Shown in pieces: positions 13,236-26,316 of a DNA stretch of 64,000 nt. The translations under genes and the position numbers were made by a program. Source of the DNA: Glaucostegus cemiculus (lineage: Eukaryota); assembly GCA_976551045.1 (NCBI GenBank), contig CDPCPM010000263.1:4340001-4404000 (forward strand). Reading direction: 5' to 3'. The notes under the pieces were generated by a model. The model worked only from the letters and a program-made list of their open reading frames with translations, ran no database searches and was not told the origin of the DNA. How positions within the stretch are numbered: position 1 is the stretch's first letter; each line of letters opens with the position of its first letter.

Positions 13236-14367
13236 TGTTACTATGCAAAGATTGTTTTGCACTTTCATTTCAGTAATCTACATTCAGGTCATTTCCAGAA
13301 GACACGTGATACTGTATTTATAATCTGCAGATTTTTACCATGAATTACTTTGAATGACATGGTGGTCACTTGGCTAATTAGCACCATTCTGTCTTCTGCT
13401 GCACATAATAATGTACCACATATGTACTGAATTAATCAATTCTCAAATGTTGACTGACAACAGAGAAGTTAGTGATTTTTTATTTGCAATAAAAATAGAT
13501 AAATTGAAATCAAACCAAATAATTAATAACTTCTTGACTCATTCCAAAGAAAATTATGTCCAGGCAACAATTGATGCCATAATGTCTAATCAGCTTTTCC
13601 TCACCATGCTTTTTGCTGCTGCTTTTAGTGCAATGGAAAGCAGTCACTGTTTGCAAACTCTAACTCTTTGGCACTTAACCAATTTACAGGGTTTACACTG
13701 TGCTAATTCAGTTACTACCAGCCTTTCCTAACACTGTGTAATAAAACATTTTCGATGACTGTTTTAGTCAGCATAAACCCAGTAAATGAAAAGCAATGTT
13801 TTAATACAGTATGAAATGTCTATGAATTGAATCATAGAATTGCTCATATATCAGGAATCACTTATTAAGCCCTGAAATGCTGGCTCTTGAAAGTGTGGAT
13901 TTGGGAATGGAAGAGATCTGCAGGATTACATTGCCACCACTCCCAAGTTAATTATTCTCTTCTTCAGCCCCAGGGAGTGTCTTTAAAGTGTTGAGCTTAG
14001 CTGTTGGTGCAACTTTGTTTTCTGACTCTGGAAGTGTAGAGTCTAGCATTTTCTCACTAAATGGTTGTGTGCACCAGCAATGTTTATGCTGGTTTCCATG
14101 CTTTCTTTTTACTAATCTTTCTGCTGGTTTCACAGACTTACCAATTTTCCTACATACAGAACACAAAACAAATGAAGGTTAATTATTGGAGGAGAGATGC
14201 TTGTTCTGAAAAGGCTGTCGAGATTTTGAGCTTCTCTGTATTTTCTTAGAAATAGGCAAACTGATATTTGTTCAGAGAGTTAATATTTATCTGCCTACGT
14301 GTACTTGTATTTTTTTGATTCTTTAGTTTAATTTGTGTTGCCTTATTTTGATTTATCCATTTTACAG

Positions 14368-14640
14368 ATACTCCCCAGTCATCCCTATCAACTGCCCCTC
14401 CTTCCCAAACCCCTGCTTTTTCTGACGATGAAGAATTCAGTGACTTTGTTCAAGGGCCTGATTCTGCCGCACCTGCGGCTCCCACCAGTTTCCAGCATTT
14501 CCAACCCTTCCACCCCACGTTAGAGTGTGGGCTGCAGTCTGAGCTGGCTGCAGCTCCAGCCCAGCCTGTTACTTCGGTCTATCCCACAGCTTCATCTGCA
14601 TTGTATGCCACAGCAGGGCATTCAGCAAAAAACAGCCAAG
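14368..14640 (+). CDS. SYNRG: SYNRG window exon 6 (273 nt, symmetric phase 1, probable cassette): DTPQSSLSTAPPSQTPAFSDDEEFSDFVQGP...KNSQ
   Basis: tttacag|AT...CCAAG|gtaaca; open for 91 codons in the required phase; contains DDEEFSDF. Confidence 0.88.
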
Positions 14641-15000
14641 GTAACAAGTACTAAACTTATTTTAAATTGTTGATTTAAAAAAAATACTCAAAAATTTATG
14701 AAAAGGAAATTATTCTATTGAAATTGTGTGATTGCAAACTATTTAAAATTTATTAAATTAATTTATTATCTTTTTTCAACACAAAAATATAACCATAATG
14801 AATTATTTTAGATTTTTGATCCTTTGTGTCAAAAGAGAGTGTTTGATTTTTTTTAAATTTTAAATGTGGATACATTCTTAATTGCTACAGCATCTTTAGG
14901 AATTGAGGCTTTAATCTTTAAGTCTAAAAGTTCATTGTAACTAACTTTAAATTCACCAAACTAAGCTGGGAAACGCTTGTTCCACCTCCTGTTTGTTTAG

Positions 15001-15240
15001 GCCTTTCATTGGAAGAGAAAATGTTTGCTTCCTGTGATTTCAGCGCACCTAAAAAGGCGCACAATAAATTTAACAAGTCTGAGCCAATGGCCCGTATAGG
15101 GTCTAAAGCCTCAGTCTCGACTCAGTTTCAGCCCAGTGCCAAGGCCTGTAACTGGGGCATCCAGTCTGAAAGCCTCAGTGGTGTCTTCACAGCAGACATG
15201 CCAAAGGATCCAGAGCCAGAGTCACCTGCCAAAGAGAGTG
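15001..15240 (+). CDS. SYNRG: SYNRG window exon 7 (240 nt, symmetric phase 1): GLSLEEKMFASCDF...PAKES
   Basis: tgtttag|GC...GAGTG|gtgagc; resembles mammalian SLEEKFLVSCD...ESG. Confidence 0.92.
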
Positions 15241-17106
15241 GTGAGCAAACTTATTTATTTCCAAATCACTAATAACCAGGCTTCTGCAAAATCAGAGCAA
15301 TTATATCGCTTTTTAATTTCAGTTTTATAGTTTGTTAACCTCTTAATAATTAACTCTCATCATATAATGTCACTGTGATCTGTCATAATTCACATGCTTG
15401 AATGACAGGTGTTTGCACCTCAAATCTAATCCAACATGTATTGAACATTATTCAAGGCAGCTGCATACTGCTCTATGTGAAAACGAGTTTCACTGTTACA
15501 ACATTGTAAGAATTTTGTGCAGATTATACATTGTACTTCAAATTTAGGTTTTGCGAGTAATTAAGCCAGTCAGATAGAAGAAAGTAAAATTTCTTGCAGT
15601 AGTGCCTTTCAAGACTGTAATACAATTACGAAGATAATATTAGTTAAGCTTCCACTTTTAGGATTCATATGCAGTCTTCTTGACTCGATTTGGTGAGCAT
15701 TAAACTATTGATATTGAAATACTAGACACCAGGGAAGAATGCCACCAACACTTCTGTATTATTAACATTTCTTGAGATTAAAATGTATTATGTCAAAGAC
15801 TATTATTTTATTTTTGTGGTTATATTAATGTTCTTTGGCTCAAATCTCTTGAAATTCTCAGAAAAATATTAAATAATTCTGCAAGAGCTTTAAGATAGTT
15901 GCATGCTTTATAGAAGCTTGAATACCCATAGCAACTTAAAAATAAATTGCCGCATTCACGTTTCTTGTAATTAAGTAAATGATGCAAGTTAAATTATAGA
16001 TAATTATCATCATTATAATCTTGTTTTTGCCATCTCATCAAAATTTAGTATTCGTCCGCCCAAGATTATTCTCTTTGGTATGCAGTTATACACGTGTAAA
16101 GTAATACGATTAAACTGGTGCTCATCTTGTATAGTAAACTTCTTACTCATGAGCTTTCACTTCTCTTTCAACCAGGTATTATTTAGTGGAAACTTTATTA
16201 AATCATGTCCTACCTTTAGCAAACCACGTCACATTTTGTTGATTTAGAATTTCTTTACAAGGAATACCACATTATGAACTAAAATAAATCTGGTATTTCA
16301 CCAACAAAGTAATTGAGAAGACGTGTGGGCAAATTGTAAACCAGCAATGCAGTCTTGCTTATTATGCATTCAAGTGGAAGCAATATCCTTTCAGTGGACA
16401 TCATTAATGACTTTAAAAGTTGCAAGTTATTTCTTTGTCACTCTGGATTGCAATGCCACAGTATGAAGGCATGTGATTATTGCCCATGGATTTTTTTTGC
16501 TCTTCCTCAGCAGTACTTTAGAGGAGGACTGAGGAAGTGAGATGTTTTCCCCAAAAGGAAAGGTAATTTTGCAGCCTCTTATGCCTCCTAGTGGCCATTT
16601 CAGAAGGAGGTTTTAAAACAGCCTGGTTAGTGCATGGTTCATGAAGATCATAAAATTCATGTGAGAAGTGTGGAGAGGGAAATGTGGGATTGGTATGCTT
16701 TACGAAACACACAAAGGCCACTTGCAAAATGTGATATAATTTCTTTGGAAAGTGGAGACTCCTCTTGAACTATTTCCTGAAGTGTTCTGCATTTAAGTCC
16801 TGACAGTTTCAATTTATCAGTCAATGGGAAAAGTACCTGATAAATCAAAAATGTTGTATTCTTCCTAGGATTGAATAACAATAAGGAACTGAGTTAATTA
16901 TCTAATTATCTAATGTTTTACTAACATTTCACTAATCACTTTGGAAGTTTTTCAGAAGTTGTAAACTGGAATTCAGCATGTTGAGAAGAGATGTCACAAT
17001 GCAGCTTACATAAAATAGTTCTGGCTATTTTCATAAAATAGCCTTGTACACTATGCTATGCCATTTTGTTTCATTTTGTAATTGTTCATTTACTTTATCT
17101 CTTTAG

Positions 17107-17184
17107 GTGTAGGAGTGTACCCTTCACAGGATACACTTCAGCCTATGCTGCCTCCTTGGCTTTTCAATGACAGTCTTGTCCCAG
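17107..17184 (+). CDS. SYNRG: SYNRG window exon 8 (78 nt): GVGVYPSQDTLQPMLPPWLFNDSLVP
   Basis: ctttag|GT...CCAG|gtacag; start of the EH region. Confidence 0.95.
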
Positions 17185-17724
17185 GTACAGTGGAATTTGT
17201 GTTTGTTCAAACCTCCAGCTGAAAGTAGTTAATGTGCTTGTTTTCACAGTTTCATTGCACTCCTGTCTATCTTTCATTCACTTTTTGAGAAATGATCCTC
17301 ATTGCAAGGCCATCTTTTTTTTTTGCCCTTCTTTAATTGTCCATTGGATAGTGGTGATGAGGCATTATTTTGAAATACTATAGTCCGAGTTGGCAGGGAG
17401 TTTAAGAATTTAGACCCTATATATTTTTATTATATATTTAAACAATTTGACTGTTAATGTATTTTAGGAAATAGTTTTACTCAAGCTAATTATACAGTAA
17501 TTTAACTCAGATTTTTTTAAACATTGTTGTATTTTCGTTTTGTAATTTCCTCCTGAATCTCTTTCTTTAATGTACCTCAGTAATAGTAATATAACTGGGT
17601 ATGGTTGTTGAGTGGTGGGTATAGGATGGAACTCTTGATGAAAAGTAGAGCAACAAGTCTTGGAAAAGAAATTCAGAATTGTTCAAATACACTCTGGTAA
17701 ATGTACAAAATAATGTTCCAACAG

Positions 17725-17921
17725 AACTCTACAAGAAAGTTCTTGAAGTCACTCTCACCCCTGTGGGCATTGATACAGCAAAACTTTATCCTATTCTTCT
17801 CTCGTCGGGATTACCCAGAGAGATGCTGGGACAGATATGGGCTTTTGCTAATCGAGCAACACCCGGCAAACTTACGAAAGAGGAACTGTATACTGTATTG
17901 GCTATGATAGCCATGTCACAG
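17725..17921 (+). CDS. SYNRG: SYNRG window exon 9 (197 nt), EH domain core: ELYKKVLE...LGQIWAFAN...LAMIAMSQ
   Basis: ccaacag|AA...TCACAG|gtattg; SGLPREMLGQIW is the EH signature. Confidence 0.97.
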
Positions 17922-18588
17922 GTATTGCAACATTGTTAATTTTCCATTATTAATTATTTACCTTCCGTGATCTGGATTATTTTATAATTTTCAGATTATC
18001 ACTTTGTTACAGAATGCATAAGTATAAATTGTAGTAGGTGCTGGCTGAATGCATTCCAGTCTGCAAATCTTCCGAGGAGATAATGGATTATTTGGAAGGG
18101 ATAGAGCCAGTTATGTGATTGAGGAGTTCAAAAGAATCTTAAATATCTCAGAACTGACTACCAGCACCTTATGAATATATTATTGAGATTGTTTAAAGAC
18201 TTTGTTGAACGCATGTATAATGAAGCTTGTGGATTTTCTCCCACCTCCATTGGGATTTATAATCCCAATTTCTGATGGTGTTTAAACTTTATTAATAACA
18301 CATGCAAAATAAAACCCCAGAAAATAACTGGTTTTCCTTTTAAAAATATAACATTGTAATAGGGAAAATCGCTGGCAGAAGCCTCAATTGACAGAAGGTA
18401 TTTACAAACATTGGGTTGTCAAATTAATTGTACCCTTAGGTGTGTAAAATATCGTGTTCAATAAGCAAGTGAATATAATCAGAAACTTCATATTTCTTGG
18501 TTGATTATAGGGTAGCTAACACATAAATTGGTTAACATCTGTATGTGCTTTTGATTCTACATTGTAATAGTCAGTGTTTTTTTTCCAG

Positions 18589-18843
18589 AGGGGCATTCCT
18601 GCATTGAATCTTGAAAATCTCAACCAGTTTTCATCTGCTCCTATTCCTACATTAAGTGCGTTGCCGATGACTTTACCTACTTCAGTTCCACAGCAGCCCA
18701 TGATTTCGGTGCCATCCGGTCCAAGTGCAAGTCTGTCTGTTCAAGCAGGCCAGTCTGTGGTAGGAATGGATCTTCCTGCACCAGTGGGTGGCAGCACCGT
18801 CCCAGTTTCCAGCAGCTTTGTGGCATCTTTTCCTGCCAGCCAG
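18589..18843 (+). CDS. SYNRG: SYNRG window exon 10 (255 nt): RGIPALNLENLNQFSSAPIPTL...FPASQ
   Basis: ttccag|AGG...AGCCAG|gtaaca. Confidence 0.95.
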
Positions 18844-20169
18844 GTAACAGTATTATTAAAACAGTAAGTTCATAATGTAGAACAAAATATTAACCAAAGC
18901 TCACGGTACTTCAGTGATTGAGAGTTAGATATGGAAGTACAATAAATTATTAACTTAATCAAAAAATAGTACTATCAGCTGCCACCTTCTGTTATCACAG
19001 CATTAACAGCACCGAAATATACACCATGTCTGCATGGTCCTTTCTCATTCACAAAACAATTACCTTTCTATTGCAATACACCAGAGGTATCTAATAAAAG
19101 AGAAGGGGTTTTAATAGTCAGCTAGCTGATACGAAAATAAATTTGCAAGGCACTCTGCAAAAATTGCAGAAGGATGAACCTGCATTCTTATAATCATCAA
19201 TGACAAAGATGTAATGAGAAGCACTATCCAGCCATTGCCTGAGTGAATAATGAGGACCTTCCCCCCATGGTGCTAACTGATTATATACCAACTCCTACAT
19301 TATTTTCAAATTGTAATGTTGTGCAAAATAGAGTATTGATGGAGCTCCATGAGCTGGTTGGTAACTTCATGTTAGCATTCAGCAATCCAACTCCCAGTCA
19401 GTGATTTTTCGTAACATTTTAGAAGTTCTCTCTTCTCATTTTTGATCTTGTGTTGGATATAGTTATTAAGGTACCATCGACCATCCAGAACCTAGCCTAA
19501 GTCCACATTTTACTGTGTGAACAGGAGGTAGTAAGTTTGATCCTCATGCAGGGACATCCCCATCCTGATGGTAATATGTCAGTATCCTATTCATGTTCAC
19601 ATTTACCTCCACTTACCTTTCTCTTATTGGATAGTGAACAGGGTTTGAGGATCCTCATTGATCTTGCTCTTTTTTTCTCTACCACCATGTTTTATAATCC
19701 ACTTTTACTTTATTGAACTTATTTTTATATTTTGAGTTGCAAAACTGTTTTTTCAATGATTGGTGATGCTCTTACAGAATAATAATTCCAAGTTAGACTC
19801 AGTGTTGTATGTAGTCTGTAAGCAAATCAAAATTCTTATGCTAATGTTTTTGTTTAAACCCTTTTAATTCATGCATTTTCAAATAGAAATTAGAAATAGT
19901 TACTAGACCTGTTATCAGATCAGATAAAAACTATTGATTGTAAGTACTAGTAGGAATTGTTAGACTTTCCCATTAAAATAGAGACCCATCAGTTGTAAGA
20001 ATTGTATGGATTAGTGGCTTGTACTTAGTTATTAAGGTTCAAAGACAGAATTTTGTAGGTGCTGGAAATCTAAAATAGAAACTGATTTCTATGCAGGTGC
20101 TGTAGTTTTGTTCAATATAAGGATTATCTTCCTGGATGTCAGTGCTGCAGTCTCTAGTCTCTGCATTCT

Positions 20170-20790
20170 GGGTGATGATGCAGCAGTTAATGCAGCTGCC
20201 TCGCATCTCCAGGGACCCACATTCAATTTTGACCTTGGCTGTTGTCTGTATAGAGTCTGTAAGATCTGAAGGCACAGCCTCAGAGTAAAGGAACATCCCT
20301 TTAAAACTGAGATGAAGAATTTCTTCAGCCAGAGGGTGGTGAATCAGTAAAATTCATTGCCACATAGGGCTGTGGAGGCCAAGTCATTGGGTGTAATTAG
20401 GGCAGAGATTGATGGGTTCTTAATTGGTAAGGGGGTTAAGGGTTACAGGGAGAAGGTGGGAGAATGGGGTTGGGGATAAAAAATCAGCCATGATTAAATG
20501 GCAGAGCAGACTCGATGGGCTGAATGACCTAATTCTGTTCCTATATTTTATGGTCTTATGCCATATTCTCCCATGACTCTGCAGATTTTTTCTAGGTCTG
20601 TCAATTTCCTCCCACATCTCAAAGATGTGCTGATAGATTAATTGGCTAAAGGAATCAAAAGGCCTGTGAGAGGCACTGAGTTGCAGGTCTACAAGATGTG
20701 GAGGATTGTGATTGATGGGATTTCTCTGTTGGCAACCGGTATAAACTTGATGGGTTGCATGGTCTTTTCCTGTGTCATAATAAGTATGTT
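20170..20790 (+). mobile_element. V-SINE interrupted by a CR1 3'-end insertion
   Basis: tRNA-like head at about 20178-20260; V-domain remnant (aatttcctcccacatctcaaagatgtg) resumes after 20561; compare intact relative 54261-54595. Confidence 0.7.
20262..20560 (+). mobile_element. CR1 LINE 3' end nested in the SINE
   Basis: gagatgaagaatttcttcagccagagggtggtgaatc...gatgggctgaatgacctaattctgttcctatattttatggtcttatg; same family as 54625-55070. Confidence 0.85.
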
Positions 20791-21086
20791 CAAGTCTGTA
20801 ATGAAAGCCGGAAATCTTGTGAAGACTAAATTACTGATTCATGATGATGCTTCAAAGCAACATTTTAAATGTTGTTTGTAGTTAGTTGTTTGTAGTTATT
20901 TGTTTATCTGAAGGACATATGAGGCATAACGTTGCAGTGTGATAATTTTGGCAGTGTAGATCAAGTAAATAATGTTCAAGTTGTGCCTTTCTTAAAAAAA
21001 AATGTGCAATATGATATATTAGCAGAGGCAAAACATTATTGCTAAGATTAAACATATCACAAGATTAAAACCTTTCCTTTATCTAG

Positions 21087-21226
21087 GCTGCAAAATCTGA
21101 TGATGATGACTTCCAGGATTTTCAGGAGGCTCCTAAGCCTAATGCAACTGATGATTCATTCAAGGGATTCAAGGGTGAAGCATCTGGAACTTCATCAAAA
21201 GCATCAAACTCACAAACTGCAGTCAG
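21087..21226 (+). CDS. SYNRG: SYNRG window exon 11 (140 nt): AAKSDDDDFQDFQEAPKPNATDDSFKGFKGEASG...AVS
   Basis: atctag|GCT...GTCAG|gtttga; DDFQDF motif. Confidence 0.93.
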
Positions 21227-21639
21227 GTTTGAACTATTGTCACGCATATCCTACGCTCATTTCTTCTCTACTTTGACTTTTTCAAAAATTATACCAGCAG
21301 TCTTGTTGAAATCCTGTTTTCAGAAACCTAAACCTGTTGATAAATTGAGAGCCATAGAGAGCAGTGTTTGCTAATAATAATAATTCTCAAAATGAATGTT
21401 CTGCACTTGCCAAAACTTAATAAAGTTGTCTTTGCAGAATCAGAATTAAATCATGATGATCAACGAGGTGAAGGTATTTAAAGATGTATTAAAATGCAAT
21501 GTAAAAACAGTCAATTTTATGTGAAGAAGAACTAAGTGATGGCCTTCAAGCAATCCATTGTAATTGGGTGGGGTGGCAAAAAGAGCCCTTAACACACAGG
21601 CTACATTTGACTAATGCTAGAACCAAGGAATCCCTTGAA

Positions 21640-22590
21640 ACATTGAAGTCACTGAGAATCAAGAAAGAAATGTTTTCATTTCCTGGAGTCTTTCTTAACA
21701 TAAACACAACTTGTGTGGTTGTGGAAGACCAATCGTTTCATGCCCATGACTTTGATGTAGGAGTTTCTCAGGGTACTGTCCTCGGTCAAATAATCTCCAA
21801 CTTCTTCAATAACCTTATCCTAAACAAAAATAGGGTTATTTGTTGCTGACTGTGCAGACTTCCGTTCTATTACAACCCTGCAGATAACAAAACAGGTCAT
21901 TGCTCTGTTCTGTACAAGTGCTTGGCAATGAACATTTCCAAAATCAGTGAGAATCTAACTACCTCGTTAGGCACTCAGTCACTTAAGTCCATCGTAAAAG
22001 TGCTGAGGAAAACTGTTGACCAGAAAGTTAACTTGAACACTCATATTAATACACTGGCTACATCAAATTAGAGAGTTTGGTTGCTCTGTGGTAATTCCCC
22101 AAAGTATTAACGCCACCTGCAGTGTATGTCTGGAGTATGATAGAATGCTGTCCATTTGCCTTGATAAGTGCAGCTCCAACAACACGAGAAACTCTACACC
22201 ATTCAAGACAAAGCGACTGTCAAACTTGTACCCATTCCCTCATCCTGAACGCCTCTTCCATCCACCATTTGCACTGTGACTCAATGCACACAGCAACCTG
22301 AAAGTCTCTTTCAGAACATTCAAAAGCTGAAAACTCTACCATGTAGAAGAACAGTGTGTATAGGAAAGCTACTCCTGGATATTCCCCTTTAAGTTATGTG
22401 TCATCTTGAAGTTAAAATATTTTTCTATTCATCCTCCTTTCCTGGGGCAAAGTACTGAATTCACTATGAAGCTACACTGTGAGAAGGCAACCTCCACAAG
22501 TGTGTCAGTGGTTCAAATAGGCAACTTACAATAGCTTCTTGAGGGCAATGGAGGATGGACATTAATACTGGCCATGCCAACCTTACACCC
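21640..22590 (+). mobile_element. Old CR1/L2-group LINE 3' part (degenerate RT)
   Basis: ORF 21568-21849 contains VGVSQGTVLGQIISNFFNNL (RT GVPQGSVLGP-like); tail resembles 4795-4860. Confidence 0.65.
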
Positions 22591-23281
22591 TGCAGAGGAA
22601 TTAGCCGCATTTCTGTTCATTGAAACTAATGGTGTCAAATTTGATATGAAATCTCAATTATTGAACCAAATTCCAAAATAATTGTTGTTGTGAATAATGA
22701 CTATTGAATTGGGTCAGGATAGGGGATCTTCCTTTTTTCCCTTTAAGATAGGATTTGTCATCTTCTTGTCAGATGTGTATAGTCACTTGTGGAATCTGTG
22801 CTAGCAATGAACGAACAATCATAAATAATAGTTAATGGTCATTACCTGTGAGAAAATAGCTTTACAATGTATCATCTAAGTAATAACACCCAATGATATG
22901 TAGACCATATTGTGTAAATTATACACAAACATATGATATTTTAAGGCAGTGTCTTCTCTAGTATGAGCAAATGTTGCTGTTTTTCTTATTGCCATTATTC
23001 AGAATTTATATATTTGCTTATCCCTTGACTCTCAAAGGATGGTAAGATGATGTTGCTTTCTGGACTGCAGTCTTTATGTAAGCGAAAGGGGGCATCTTTT
23101 AAAATGTTATGGATTTAAAATGACACTTGGGTACTTCTAGATGAAATGACATGCCTTAAATGGAGAGGCTTATTGGTTTTGTTTGTAACACTGCAGAAAA
23201 ATAAAACAATTGTGGCAGTTCTTCCAGCATAAGTTTGTGAACAGTGATGTTTGAAATAGATTTTTGAATTCTTTCTTTCAG

Positions 23282-23397
23282 TGCACATACTTTACTGACG
23301 CCAATTTCAGGAACCTCTGCATCGTCTTCAGTGGATAAATATGCAGTCTTTAAAGACTTGACAGAAGACAAACCTGCAGAAAGTTCCTCATTTGCAG
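23282..23397 (+). CDS. SYNRG: SYNRG window exon 12 (116 nt): AHTLLTPISGTSASSSVDKYAVFKDLTEDKPAESSSFA
   Basis: ctttcag|T...TTGCAG|gtataa; conserved DKYAVFK. Confidence 0.93.
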
Positions 23398-24129
23398 GTA
23401 TAAAAGACTACCTTAAGAGATATCTGCATTTTTATTCTGAGCATTGGAAAAAGTATAATTGGAATTCTATTCACAAATTACTGCGAATACAGATATGTGT
23501 AAAGTAACACGCAATTATCCATTTATTTGCATTTTCAGCTATATAAATTAAGTTGCAATGCACATCAAAGATCTTTTTAAATCAAAAGGAGGTGTGCTGT
23601 TATGTATGTGAATACATTTGGTAAATATTTCTAGTCTCAAATTTCAATTTGACTTGTCAGGAAATGCCAGTTAAAGACTACTCAGCTTTTGTTATTCCAT
23701 ATGATATAATTGCTGGAGGAACTCAGTGGGTCCTGAAGGTAACGATCAATGTTTCAGATCAAGACCCTGCATCAGGAGTTCTTCCAGCAGTTTTTTGCTC
23801 CATTTTTCAGCATCTGAAGTCTCTTGTATCTCCTTGTTATTTAGTAGATTCCATTCTTTCATTTCCTTTCGGAATGGGCAATGCCTTGTTTTCCCTACTC
23901 AGTGTTCCAGGTCATTCTGCCACCTAACCAATTCGTTTGCCAAAAGGCATTCGAAATGTGTCTGGTAAATGTGATATCTAACAAGGAGATAGGGAAAGAA
24001 ATTGAACTTGTATAGTACCTATCATAACCTGATTGCTGTTCTACTTTTTTGTTAAATTTGGCCATTCATATAAAGTAATGCATCGTGAACTAACTGCTCA
24101 TGAACATCTAGAAACCAAATTAGGAAGCA

Positions 24130-26100
24130 GAGTCTCCAACCTAATCTCTACTTTTACTTGAGCCACATGCAAATAGGCATAGGGCAAATAAGGTTAAGGA
24201 AAAGAACATGTGGCTCAAGAGCCTGATCTGTTCAAAGTTGGTTCAGATTCTTAGGGTGCTGACATCTGTAATGGAAAAAGTGGGAGCTGAACCATTAAGC
24301 TGGTCTACACTTGAACCATGATGGGACATGTGACCCACATAACTATGGGTATAGAGATGATTTTGTAATTGAAATAGAGGAGGCAAGGGGTCAAAGTTGG
24401 AAAATAACAGAAAACCAAAGAGTAGAGACGAGCTGACAGAGAATCAGGATCAGAATCAGTTTTATTGTCACTTCCATATACACGTTCAGCATGCATGGGA
24501 GCAAAATACCGTACTCCACAGATCAAGGTACTGGTCACATTAAAAAAAAAATGAGAGAGACAAAGACAGAACGACATTAACGACATTGGAACCACAAAAA
24601 TTAAATAGAGACTGGAATAAACATTCTTAGAATGAGTGTACTGAGGTAGCAGTCATCGGACAGAAGGGGTGAGAAATATATTAATATAGGAAATGTTAAG
24701 CAGACTGTGACAGGAAGGGATCGAGAGTACAATCCTAAGAGTAAACCAGCATATAGAAGGCTAATGTTTGCAATAATAAAGACAAAATGTATTTGAGTGC
24801 ATGTGGCATTTGAAACAAACCAGATGAGCCAAGAGCATAAAAGGAAATAAATATGATCTAGGAATCATAACCAAGATGGGGCGATACAGATAGGGACCTG
24901 AATATTAAAAGCTACGTGATATTTAGGAAGGTGAAGAAGCAAGGGAGAGCTGGAAGAGTGACTCTGTTAATAAATGATGGTCTTAATGCAAAAGAGCAGG
25001 ATGAGCCAAGTTCAGGAAAAGAGTTTGATGGAGATGAGAAATAATTAAAAGGCAGGAAGACGCTTGTGTACAGACCCACATCAGGGCAGAAAATAAAAGT
25101 AGAAATAACGGGAGCTTGTCAGTGAGGTATGGAGATAATCAGGAGGGATTTTAATCTATATATGGATTGGAGATAGTATTGAACTTAAAGTTAAAAATAG
25201 TATTATCCTTAAAGAAGTGCATAATTGTGCAAAGATGGGTGGCAGATCAGAAGATTGGATCAAATCTTAAAAACAGCAAGAATGACTAAAAGATTAATAA
25301 GGAAGGAAAATTTGGAGTACAAGGCATAGTTAGCTAGAAGTATAGACTCAGATCATTGGAATTTCTATGGAAGTAACTATAAGTCAAATATTGGAAGGGA
25401 GAGAGGAACTCGGGGAAAATTACTACCATGAGGGAAGTGACACCTCGGGCTGACAAGTCTCCAAGTCCTAATGGACTTCATCCTAGGGTCTTAAAAGAAA
25501 TAGTTAATGAGTGATTTGATGTATTGGTTTTTGCGAACTTTGCTGGATTTGGAAAATGTTCTATTGGATTGGAAAAGAGTGCAGTAACCCCTTTATTCAG
25601 AAAGGTAGGAAGACAAAGTAGAAAACTACAGGCCTGTTTGCTCAACATCTGTCAAAGGTATTATTTAGCACTTAGAAAAATTCAAGGCAAGGTCACTGTT
25701 TATTTTTTAATATAATAACTTGTTTTACTAATTTATTAAAGTTTCTTAAAGAAGTAATGTGCTGTGGATTATCTATACTTAGATTTCCAGAAGGCATTTG
25801 ATAAGGTGCTGCATCAGAAGTTATTGTGGAAGATAAAAAGTTATGTAGGAGATAACATATTGGTGTGTGTAAACAATTAGCTGCCTAACAGGAAACGGAG
25901 TAGGCATATCTGGTATAGTTGCTAAATTTGGAGATGATAAAAGAAGTTAGAAAAGCAAGCTGTGAAAGAACAAAGGGATAGAGAGGTTAAGTGAGTAGAC
26001 AGAGATCTGGCAAATTAAATATATTGGGAAATGTGAAATTATTCATTTTGTCAAGAAAAATAAATTGAAGCCTATCATGTAACTGTTGAGAGATTACAAA
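24130..26100 (+). mobile_element. Internally deleted CR1 LINE (ORF1 end, endonuclease and RT remnants)
   Basis: Ordered remnants: GLHLN (about 24302), gggattttaat GDFN-like (25146), KSPSPNGLHPRVLKE (25456), VTPLFRK...NYRPV (25584), LDFQKAFDKV (25779), AKFGDD (25921). Confidence 0.75.
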
Positions 26101-26107
26101 GGGACAA

Positions 26108-26234
26108 CAAGTAAAACCGCAGAAGCTGGAATCTAAAGCAAAAACAGAAATGCTAGAAGAACTCAACCAGTCAAGTAGCATCTGCAGAAAGAGAAACCAG
26201 TCAAAGGTTTGGGATCAGTGAACCTTCTTCAGAA
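26108..26234 (-). mobile_element. Penelope-like terminal repeat with decayed hammerhead motif
   Basis: Reverse complement: CTGAAGA-AGGTTCACTGATCC-CAAA-CCTT-TGACTG plus family tail. Confidence 0.65.
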
Positions 26235-26316
26235 GAGTGAAAGTTTTACACTTTTCAGAGTAGAACTATTGTTCTATAGCTGAGGGGAAAAAATGACTAT
26301 GTTTGAACTTTTTTAG

